Below are positions 37,331 through 45,704 of a stretch of 64,000 bases of DNA, in pieces. The first letter of the stretch is position 1. The number at the start of each line of letters is the position of its first letter. The stretch comes from an uncultured virus (IMG/VR IMGVR_UViG_3300004805_000005) (lineage: Duplodnaviria > Heunggongvirae > Uroviricota > Caudoviricetes), in the IMG/VR virus record IMGVR_UViG_3300004805_000005, one strand, 5' to 3'. The notes beneath the pieces are model-generated. The model was not told the origin of the DNA. It saw only the letters and a program-made list of their open reading frames with translations, and did no database searches. Position numbers and translations under genes: made by a program.

Positions 37331-39633
37331 GCTGGTACTCTAAATCCTACCCAATGTAAATTAGGCGTAGGCAATGTTTCGTTATTTGTTTTTGCATTTG
37401 TTCTAGTGCCTATTGCACTAAGAATCTTATCTGGTATATATGGTGCATTCAATACCCAAGGTGGTGCATGGAATACATGTACATGAGGAAGTGGACCAAG
37501 TGCGATTTCGGTTTGATATCTAAAATCTGGAGCATTTATATGCAACAGAGAAAGTTCTCCTTCAATATGAGCACCACCAACCACTTTAAGATTATCCGCA
37601 ACATCCAAGTTACCATTCACCAACACAGATTTTTCGTGTATTCTTGGAACATTATTTGCACCAACGGCAGGAACCGTTCTATCATGTGGTGAAAGAGAAA
37701 TTACAGAACCTGAAATATCCACACGTTCGCCACCATCTATTAATACTTCATTAGCAGAAGATATATTAACAGATTCTCCGGTTACGTTAACCATAGCACC
37801 ATAAATGTCTAATGGTCCACCAGTCTTAATTCTTATTCCTTTATTTCCCACAGTAAGTGTATATTTATTACAAACTGTTAGATTGTAGTCCCCACCAGGA
37901 ACATCATCTACATCAACATATTCTAATAACGGAACTGCTTTATAACTTACATATGTTCCAAGTTGTGCTATGACTACATTAGATGGCTTCAACTTACCCA
38001 CTGGGTCCATTCTATAACTTGCAAGTTCGTTAAATACTGTTCCTATGGTAGCATCTACGCTGCCTGTAACATTTTCAATCTTATCACCACCATCGCCAAA
38101 TTCTGCTTCTAGCGGCAACAATAAACGTTGTGCATCTCTAATAGAATTTACTAATATAGGATAGGCAGTAGCCTCAGGAATAGGATGATGTGGTATCCAT
38201 GTTGCAGAATCTACAATAGGATGTTCCTGATCTATGGGCTGTGGTATAATCGTATTAACCCATGTCTTATTAATAAAATCCCATATTAATGCAGGTTCTT
38301 TTGGGGGTGGAACTGCTATCCATTGTTTTGTAATATGTTCATACCATAGCCAGTCTCTACCAACGGGTTCCCATTTAATCTTATTGATAAGCCATAAACC
38401 ATCTTGCGTAGCTGGACTTAGGCCGGTTCCATTACAGGTTCTACATGGATCTAGGAATATAATGCCAGCACCGCTACAACATGGACAAGGAGCAGGTACA
38501 CCTGCACGTAATTGAAGTAGAGAAGTGTGTAGTGGGTCTGGGAATGCCCTATCTACTTCAAATAATCGTTTCATTTCATGTAGTGGCTTCAAGATATTAT
38601 AAATTTGCTTTGCTATGACTTCTTTGTCTTTATAATTTCCGATCTTTTCGTACTTATCTCCGTGTATGATATCTTCGACATGTCCACCCGTAAATTGCGA
38701 CTTGTTCTTCTTGACAGTAGAGAAGAAATCACTCTGCACTAGCTGCTGATAGTTATTAGCAGAAAACTGAGAAGTGGCGAAATTATTAAACTCTAAGAAT
38801 GATCCAGAATAACTTGTTAACTTAAGTATTTCTCGTTGATCAGTATCCACTAATTCTATGGTATGTTTGTTAGAATTGAATACTGTCTTAGACCTGAATG
38901 TTTGCATATTATGATCTAGTGTTGGATTTTCGTTTGAAGCTACGTTCTCGTATGACGCAGGATAATCCATAGATACAAATTTCTTGACATCTGTTTCGTC
39001 TTTATTCTGAGAATAAATACGACTCCAATCTTCTTGACCGTATGAAGCCGCAAATACTACAGGATAGTTTGGATCGCCGCCGGAAAAGAATACCCATACA
39101 TGAGCACCCACATTTGGAATCGTAAACATACCACGAGCTAGGTTAGAATAATCTGACGGCTCAAAATCATAAGCATGTGGATTAGCAAATTTATTTCCTA
39201 CATTTCCCGTTTCTGTAAATGCATCTACTAATCTGTTTTCATTAGTATACATATGAAGGGGACGAAATCCTTCCATGACTTCGTTTTTTCTTGAGGTTAA
39301 ATCCTTTTCCCAGAAGTTTGAATCTGATGTGGTTCCTTTCTTCGTAAATGCATTATATCTACCAGACGAAGAACCGCCAAACAGAGGCATAGCCGTTTCA
39401 GCCCAAGGTAGACATTCTTTTAGATAGGGTAATATTTTATCTAAGTCTGGATTCGTTTTTTCATCAGGAAACACAATATGCTTGTCAGATAGATCCATGA
39501 ACGTCTGATTAAAGTTAGTATACACAGTTGCAGAAATATGAGGAATCCAGACCTTAACTCTGCCACGCTTTTCTGGATCATTTGTCTGCAAAACCAATCC
39601 TAAATACATACTGTTATAGTTTACTTCGTTCAT
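37327..39633 (-). CDS. gp5: gp5/VgrG-like baseplate central spike protein
   Basis: YLGLVLQTNDPEKRGRVKVWIP and IPNVGAHVWVFF..GDPNYPV OB-fold; beta-helix-type repeats; C-terminal HVH. Confidence 0.85.
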   Translation of the reverse strand: MNEVNYNSMYLGLVLQTNDPEKRGRVKVWIPHISATVYTNFNQTFMDLSDKHIVFPDEKTNPDLDKILPYLKECLPWAETAMPLFGGSSSGRYNAFTKKGTTSDSNFWEKDLTSRKNEVMEGFRPLHMYTNENRLVDAFTETGNVGNKFANPHAYDFEPSDYSNLARGMFTIPNVGAHVWVFFSGGDPNYPVVFAASYGQEDWSRIYSQNKDETDVKKFVSMDYPASYENVASNENPTLDHNMQTFRSKTVFNSNKHTIELVDTDQREILKLTSYSGSFLEFNNFATSQFSANNYQQLVQSDFFSTVKKNKSQFTGGHVEDIIHGDKYEKIGNYKDKEVIAKQIYNILKPLHEMKRLFEVDRAFPDPLHTSLLQLRAGVPAPCPCCSGAGIIFLDPCRTCNGTGLSPATQDGLWLINKIKWEPVGRDWLWYEHITKQWIAVPPPKEPALIWDFINKTWVNTIIPQPIDQEHPIVDSATWIPHHPIPEATAYPILVNSIRDAQRLLLPLEAEFGDGGDKIENVTGSVDATIGTVFNELASYRMDPVGKLKPSNVVIAQLGTYVSYKAVPLLEYVDVDDVPGGDYNLTVCNKYTLTVGNKGIRIKTGGPLDIYGAMVNVTGESVNISSANEVLIDGGERVDISGSVISLSPHDRTVPAVGANNVPRIHEKSVLVNGNLDVADNLKVVGGAHIEGELSLLHINAPDFRYQTEIALGPLPHVHVFHAPPWVLNAPYIPDKILSAIGTRTNAKTNNETLPTPNLHWVGFRVPA

Positions 39634-39634
39634 A

Positions 39635-40750
39635 TTATTCGCCTTGTATGATCGTTGGCTTGATCACGTTATTATTTACTTTAGATTCTTGAATATCCAG
39701 ACGGTTTCCACGATTGTCTGTAGTAAGAGATAAGTCATAGGTTGCTGGAGAAAAAGTCTCTTCAATACCAGTTGGAGTTTGGTAATGCGTTATAGAAGAA
39801 TCTGCTTCTTGATATAGTCCCATAGGCCACAAATGATTAACAATTAAATGAACCATAAAATCACCGAAATTATAGTATTGACTCAAGTAAGATACTATGT
39901 CTTTATATGAATGATCTACTGACATAAGTAGTATGCGTATCTCTCTATGATAGGTTTCGCTGACCAAGCTTAACCCATGTGCCATAGGAAGAGGCAGAGG
40001 GGGTATAGGACGCACTATCTTGGTTACCCCACCTAGTAGATCGGTTGCATAATACGCCTCGCTTACGGCATTTCTAGCCATGCAGCCAGATAGTTTGGCA
40101 TTTGATGCCTGAATTAATCTAATCACACTATTATCTAATTTGTGTCTTATATTTTCTCTGATATATGTTGGAGCCGTAAACAGTTTAGGCAATTTACTTA
40201 TATCATTATTCATTAACTCCGATGTCTCTTTCCATTTCGTAATATCAACATTAGTAGTATCTGACGTATCTAAAATTACATTTTCTGCCATGACTTCAGC
40301 AGTATTTTTGAAATGGCACATCTTGAATAATGGTAACATTTCCAAAGACTCGGTAATACCTGAATCTATGATCGGATGAATATTAGTTAAAAATTTCATC
40401 CAATTTCTGATATTAGTTACGCCCTTATATGGTGTAATATCTATGGGTAATGTTTTTGTTGCAAATGTTTCATGTATACTATGTATAACTGCCATAAATT
40501 CGGTGCTTTCATCCTTTTTCTGGAAGCACTTCATCAACTCTCTCATCTGATACACATCATTAGCTAACGTGGATACTGATTGTACATCCATTCCCTCGAA
40601 TAAGGGAATGGCCCGTATCTTATTTATAAAGTTGGTTTCAACTATATTAAACGTAGTACGAGGAGCAATTGGATTAAACTCAGGATATAACGGTTTGGGG
40701 ACAACCGTCAACTTCTTTGAAGATTCCAAGTGTATGTTGTTAGAAATCAT
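39635..40750 (-). CDS. Hypothetical protein in the baseplate module
   Basis: 371-aa ORF in a tightly packed - strand operon. Confidence 0.6.
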   Translation of the reverse strand: MISNNIHLESSKKLTVVPKPLYPEFNPIAPRTTFNIVETNFINKIRAIPLFEGMDVQSVSTLANDVYQMRELMKCFQKKDESTEFMAVIHSIHETFATKTLPIDITPYKGVTNIRNWMKFLTNIHPIIDSGITESLEMLPLFKMCHFKNTAEVMAENVILDTSDTTNVDITKWKETSELMNNDISKLPKLFTAPTYIRENIRHKLDNSVIRLIQASNAKLSGCMARNAVSEAYYATDLLGGVTKIVRPIPPLPLPMAHGLSLVSETYHREIRILLMSVDHSYKDIVSYLSQYYNFGDFMVHLIVNHLWPMGLYQEADSSITHYQTPTGIEETFSPATYDLSLTTDNRGNRLDIQESKVNNNVIKPTIIQGE

Positions 40751-40756
40751 TTTGTC

Positions 40757-41194
40757 CTATGTTGACGGAATAGATGGTACGGTTGGAACTGAAGTACCCG
40801 CTGGCAATGCTTCGGTTGCTTTTCTAGCACATGGAGTATTAAGAGCAGCCCTAATAACTTCTATCTTTTCTGTAACCCACTGTATCCATCCTTTGATAGT
40901 TTCTATTGCTCCTTTAATCCACGCCTTTATTCTTTCGATTCTGTTTTTTATATCAGTAATTCTAGGATTTTCCTTTTCCTCTTTATCTGGAAAATATTTG
41001 TTCTTCAATGCTGTAAATTTGTCTTTAATCCATTTAGTTATTATCGCCATTACATCAATTCCATAACACTGGTTTAATGCGTCTATAGCTACAGCAGTTA
41101 ATACTACAGCAACAGCAACAATAGCAGGTGGTGATATTGCTGAAGATGCCGCCGATTGTCCAGAACCTATTGCGCTTGAAATTGCTGCCATCAT
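40757..41194 (-). CDS. Hypothetical protein with a hydrophobic segment
   Basis: AIVAVAVVLTAVAI stretch followed by amphipathic helices. Confidence 0.6.
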   Translation of the reverse strand: MMAAISSAIGSGQSAASSAISPPAIVAVAVVLTAVAIDALNQCYGIDVMAIITKWIKDKFTALKNKYFPDKEEKENPRITDIKNRIERIKAWIKGAIETIKGWIQWVTEKIEVIRAALNTPCARKATEALPAGTSVPTVPSIPST

Positions 41195-41196
41195 AA

Positions 41197-41634
41197 TTAT
41201 TTTCCTATAGTTCTAAGTGCGTCTATGTCATTGATTTTGAGTGACGATTTAATCAAATCCATTTTTTTTGTCAACTCATCTATTTTTGCCATACTACTTT
41301 GCATACTACCAAAACTACATGTTATAGCACTCATAACTGTACTAAGTGCAGTATTTAATGTACTATCTAATCCAGACTGACCTAATATAGAAGTTCCACC
41401 CAATGAAGCTAATGTACAGTTCATCAATTTCATCTGATCTTGAATCATAGATGAAATTTTATCTGGGGATATAGTTGCAGATATATCTCCCATGGTTTTA
41501 ATTTGTCCATTATCCATTGCAGTCTTTATAGAATCTGCAACTTCGTTCATATCACTTAGATTTATTCCTAACTGACTACGATAGTCAATGGTGCTTGGTG
41601 CTCCGGTGAATGTTGTATTTTGATCTTCGCTCAT
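41197..41634 (-). CDS. Hypothetical protein
   Basis: 145-aa ORF with AGGAG SD. Confidence 0.6.
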   Translation of the reverse strand: MSEDQNTTFTGAPSTIDYRSQLGINLSDMNEVADSIKTAMDNGQIKTMGDISATISPDKISSMIQDQMKLMNCTLASLGGTSILGQSGLDSTLNTALSTVMSAITCSFGSMQSSMAKIDELTKKMDLIKSSLKINDIDALRTIGK

Positions 41635-41643
41635 GGTTCTCCT

Positions 41644-42495
41644 TTAAATTGGTAATGGACTGACTAGCTGGGCTTTCAGTACTGCGGTTCCTTTTGCTCT
41701 TGAATCGATAACCGATAAAATTAGTGGAATCATACCCGCCGCTCCCGTAACTTGTTCTAAGGCTCTATCGAATAATATTACGATATCTACTGCTCTTCTT
41801 GTTAGAATTGCAAGAGACAAATCTAATAATAATAAAATAGATAGTACATAATTTACTACATATTGGACAATCATAAGAAGTATATAAACTAGATATAGTA
41901 CTAAGATACTCGTTTGCCATGGAATCAATACTGCCTTAATCATTGTGCCATTTGGTGTTGAATTTAGAACCGGCATAAATAAATCTGCATATACAACCCA
42001 AACTGACATATATACCAAATTTAATATTGTCCATAATACATCTACTACTAAATGATATAATAACTGAAATACAAATAAAAGAGTAAAGTAGAATATCATG
42101 TTAATAATAGCTTCAAGATTACGAACTATGGATTCTGTGATAGCACTTATATCTTTAACTATTTCAATAAATTCTACTGTGTAGTTTAATGTTATGGTAG
42201 TCAAGTGTCGAATCAGCCGATCAGCTTCTAATTGAAGTTTATTTATAAACTCTGGAATATATGTTATCTTTTCCATTGGTAGAAAATAGGTTTCTAGTAA
42301 GGTAGCCTTTAGAGCTATGTTTGGATTTATGTTCTGAAATAGTTTAATATAGTCAATTTTATCTAATGCTGTATATAATTGGGATTTATCGGTAGGCTTG
42401 CCTAAAATAAAATCAATATTGATGGGAGCTAGTGTCTTCCCATATTCCGCTAATAATTTTAGTATTTCTCCTGCCATATTAATATTTATCCACAA
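41644..42495 (-). CDS. Hydrophobic helical hypothetical protein; probable start 42477
   Basis: Long hydrophobic stretches; ATAAATATTAAT directly before the MAGEIL start. Confidence 0.6.
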   Translation of the reverse strand: MWININMAGEILKLLAEYGKTLAPINIDFILGKPTDKSQLYTALDKIDYIKLFQNINPNIALKATLLETYFLPMEKITYIPEFINKLQLEADRLIRHLTTITLNYTVEFIEIVKDISAITESIVRNLEAIINMIFYFTLLFVFQLLYHLVVDVLWTILNLVYMSVWVVYADLFMPVLNSTPNGTMIKAVLIPWQTSILVLYLVYILLMIVQYVVNYVLSILLLLDLSLAILTRRAVDIVILFDRALEQVTGAAGMIPLILSVIDSRAKGTAVLKAQLVSPLPI

Positions 42496-42507
42496 GGAAC
42501 CGTTTTT

Positions 42508-44349
42508 CTACTCAATACCTTCGTTTACGGGTAACTTCTTGTATGCATGTACCTTTACCATAGTAATGTCATTAACAAACTTCTGCTGTTGGATAATGTG
42601 TTTTACGTTTGTTACCAGATATTGACCACAAAGTTGATAGTCATATATCGTATCACTACTAGTAGTATGTCTATCTACGCCCACGAAGGTTCCAGCTAAC
42701 CTATGTGTTGATCCTGTCATACGCACAACCAAATTTTGATTTAGGAATATACCAGCATATAAGGTTTTTCCCCTACCATCCAAACTTCTTATAGATCTAT
42801 CATTTTGTGGCCCAAGATTAGATATCGGAGAAAATTGGGGATCTATGCTTTTTTGTTCTGTCTTGGTTTTATTTAATGCCATTACGGGATATGTATCAAT
42901 AGATAGAACATTTGCTACATAATTTTTCTTGAAATAGTTTTCTCTCACATTTGTGATTTCATTCTCACTAACATCAATATCAAATTGTTTCTTAGTATGC
43001 CAGTGAGAATATACCGGACGAGTTAGAAATGCCTTTGCATTGTCTAATCCAGATGTTTGCGAGAATCTATAGTTTTTGATTATACTGTATTCATCTGATT
43101 TTATATCTTTTTCATACGACACGCCAGTATCCATAGGAGCTTTTGGTGGAGTAATAGCAGGAGGTATTTGTGCTATATTTTCTTCTAAAAACATATGTTC
43201 GATCTGCAATTCTTTGGGTGCATTAGTTCCAGCCTTTTCAAACATCCCCCAAACCGGAGACAGATTCCATTTCTTATCAGCACGATTCCATTGTAATATA
43301 CAAATATCATTTTTTCCATCATCGCTTATTTGTTGATTTAATATATACTGAATACATTCCCATATTGTCCAATCTGCTTTGGCTACAAAATTGATTCGGC
43401 TTTTTCCCCAGTTCCATTTCGTAAGATCAATATATGATTCATATCCTGCTTCAGCCAATAAAGATGCTATCGCTTCTCCGGTGAACATAGAACGCTCTAA
43501 ATCTGAAGCGTGTGCGATAGGGTTGGGGCATATAATATTTCCAGTATATGAGGTAAATCGCTTACCCGTTGCCGTACTCCATTGTATATTTTTTTCTAAT
43601 AGATATTGAAATTTTTTATCCCAAAAATATAATTTTTTAGCCTTGATTGTCATGTCAGTATGTGCTAAGTCTTCAATATCATATACAACAGCTTCCATTT
43701 CAATTTTCCATATTCTCTCGGGTAGTGTTCCCTTTTCTATAATAGGTTGTATTTCGACATAAATTTCATCTCTTGCGTCAGATCGTAAAAAGTAAAATAA
43801 GCCAAAATCCTCCGATCTTTCAAAGGCTTCCATTCGACTATCTACCAGAACATATCCTCTCAATGGCCAAGATAATAAATCATCTTCTACACAAAGCATC
43901 TTTATGGCGCGAGTAGGAATCTCAAATCTTTGTGTGTGATTAAATAGTACAACTTTATACTGCCATAACTGTTGTCCTATTAGTTTAGTATCGCTCTGAA
44001 ATACATCTGGAACAGCATCCTCTGTTAATACTACAGGTATATTTTCTCCAAGCGGTACGGGTAATCCATTTTTTAGAATATTGGAAGTATCCGTTCCATT
44101 TTTTGTTAATGCGTTTATATCTTCATTGGTCATGGGTGGTTTATTGGATTGTGGAATCCATGCTGTCCCACCTACGTTACGTATATATGGTTTACCATCA
44201 GGACCAATTGGAGGAGTTTCTATACCAGTAGATCTAGTCGATGGCATACTAGCAACAGCAGCATTAGTAGCCAAAGATGCATTAACAATAGTCTGTACGC
44301 TTATTCCTGTTTTATTGGAAGATTCTGGTGATGTAATTTTCGAAGCCAT
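42508..44349 (-). CDS. Baseplate hub-like protein (gp27-like by position)
   Basis: Between gp53-like and gp5-like genes; C-terminal GQYLVTNVKH strand typical of hub proteins. Confidence 0.55.
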   Translation of the reverse strand: MASKITSPESSNKTGISVQTIVNASLATNAAVASMPSTRSTGIETPPIGPDGKPYIRNVGGTAWIPQSNKPPMTNEDINALTKNGTDTSNILKNGLPVPLGENIPVVLTEDAVPDVFQSDTKLIGQQLWQYKVVLFNHTQRFEIPTRAIKMLCVEDDLLSWPLRGYVLVDSRMEAFERSEDFGLFYFLRSDARDEIYVEIQPIIEKGTLPERIWKIEMEAVVYDIEDLAHTDMTIKAKKLYFWDKKFQYLLEKNIQWSTATGKRFTSYTGNIICPNPIAHASDLERSMFTGEAIASLLAEAGYESYIDLTKWNWGKSRINFVAKADWTIWECIQYILNQQISDDGKNDICILQWNRADKKWNLSPVWGMFEKAGTNAPKELQIEHMFLEENIAQIPPAITPPKAPMDTGVSYEKDIKSDEYSIIKNYRFSQTSGLDNAKAFLTRPVYSHWHTKKQFDIDVSENEITNVRENYFKKNYVANVLSIDTYPVMALNKTKTEQKSIDPQFSPISNLGPQNDRSIRSLDGRGKTLYAGIFLNQNLVVRMTGSTHRLAGTFVGVDRHTTSSDTIYDYQLCGQYLVTNVKHIIQQQKFVNDITMVKVHAYKKLPVNEGIE

Positions 44350-44350
44350 T

Positions 44351-44719
44351 TTATTCTATCCTAATATTATTGAGAACATTGTTAAGATATATAGAACGTA
44401 GTATTTTTATTTGTGTACCAGCAACTGGCATTTCTGTTGGATTTTGTATGTTATTTAATGAACAAATAGCCCACCATAGAAATATACTGTTATACATTTT
44501 CCAAGATATAGAGGGCCACGTATCATTAGGTTTAATAACATATACATCATATACATCAGATGATATATCCGCTGGAAAATTCACAGTTTTCAATAAATTA
44601 TAGAAATAACCTATATCGGAATCACCGTATACATTGAAAATGTTTTCATATTGCTGGGGAGATAGAGAATAATTTATATCAGTTAATTGATTTTGTTTTG
44701 TCATTTTGTTATTATCCAA
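44351..44719 (-). CDS. gp53-like / LysM baseplate wedge protein
   Basis: YVIKPNDTWPSISWKMY...LWWAICSLNNIQNP...GTQIKI. Confidence 0.75.
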   Translation of the reverse strand: MDNNKMTKQNQLTDINYSLSPQQYENIFNVYGDSDIGYFYNLLKTVNFPADISSDVYDVYVIKPNDTWPSISWKMYNSIFLWWAICSLNNIQNPTEMPVAGTQIKILRSIYLNNVLNNIRIE

Positions 44720-45704
44720 GTAGCTTCATAGCCGCATTAGCAGTATCTAAGGCAGCTCCACCAACTACTCCAGCCGCTTTCGCCGCTTTAATTTCTATTG
44801 CCTTTAGTTTAGCATCATTTGCCGCCTTGGTAGAATTTGCAAGTGCTTCCGTTTTTCCACCACCGGCTACAATTATTTTGGTTGTTACATTAGCAAATCC
44901 ACCCTTAATTGCATCCTTCCATAGTTGCTTACTTTCATTAATTAATTCAGTAATACCAACAGTTACTTCCCATGCATCAGGGACTATGTAATCTCCTACT
45001 ATGCCGGGTACTTTATTATTCAGGCTTCCTTTATTATTTACGGTTAATGAGGAAACTATTGCTGCTGGTGCCCATCGTACACCCGGAATATATACTTCAT
45101 ATATTAGTGGTGGGGTAACAGATAATGCACTATTTTGGTTATGTAGATTATCTTCAATAAATTGGTGTAAAAATGTTCTATTGAGATTTATATTAGTTAA
45201 TAATTCATTACCATTTCCTGCATTAGTATTTATTAGATAAAATGTAAATGTATATGTTGCAGGTTGGCTACCAGCATATGACTTTGGATATACTATACCA
45301 GCTGCGGGTAGAACTGCTTTAGCCGCAGTTTCTACCACCTCAAGGCCAGACTTAATCGCATCACCAATCGGACCATTATTAGGTTCCCAGCTTTGGCTTA
45401 TGCCATGATGATATTCTGTAAAATATGGTAACCTATATTTAGTTTTTGGTGTACCCGAATATAGATTTGAATATGGATTACCCGCATTTCCGGGATCGGC
45501 TCTAGCCAACCAATAATCGACATTAGTAATAGCACTACTCCATTGTTGTTCAAACCCATACATTTCTATACTGGGCAATGTCTCCAATGCTTCTTTGGTA
45601 TATGGAGTATTTGTCCAACATATACCGTCAACCCCTTTTGACATAAAATCAAAGTTAAATCCAGCCATTATAACACCACATATCCTTTTCTTATTCGATC
45701 CCAT
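44712..45704 (-). CDS. gp48-like baseplate/tail-tube cap protein; probable start 45668
   Basis: YTFTFYLIN, PPLIYEVYIPG and WEVTVGITEL tube-fold motifs. Confidence 0.55.
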   Translation of the reverse strand: MGSNKKRICGVIMAGFNFDFMSKGVDGICWTNTPYTKEALETLPSIEMYGFEQQWSSAITNVDYWLARADPGNAGNPYSNLYSGTPKTKYRLPYFTEYHHGISQSWEPNNGPIGDAIKSGLEVVETAAKAVLPAAGIVYPKSYAGSQPATYTFTFYLINTNAGNGNELLTNINLNRTFLHQFIEDNLHNQNSALSVTPPLIYEVYIPGVRWAPAAIVSSLTVNNKGSLNNKVPGIVGDYIVPDAWEVTVGITELINESKQLWKDAIKGGFANVTTKIIVAGGGKTEALANSTKAANDAKLKAIEIKAAKAAGVVGGAALDTANAAMKLLG

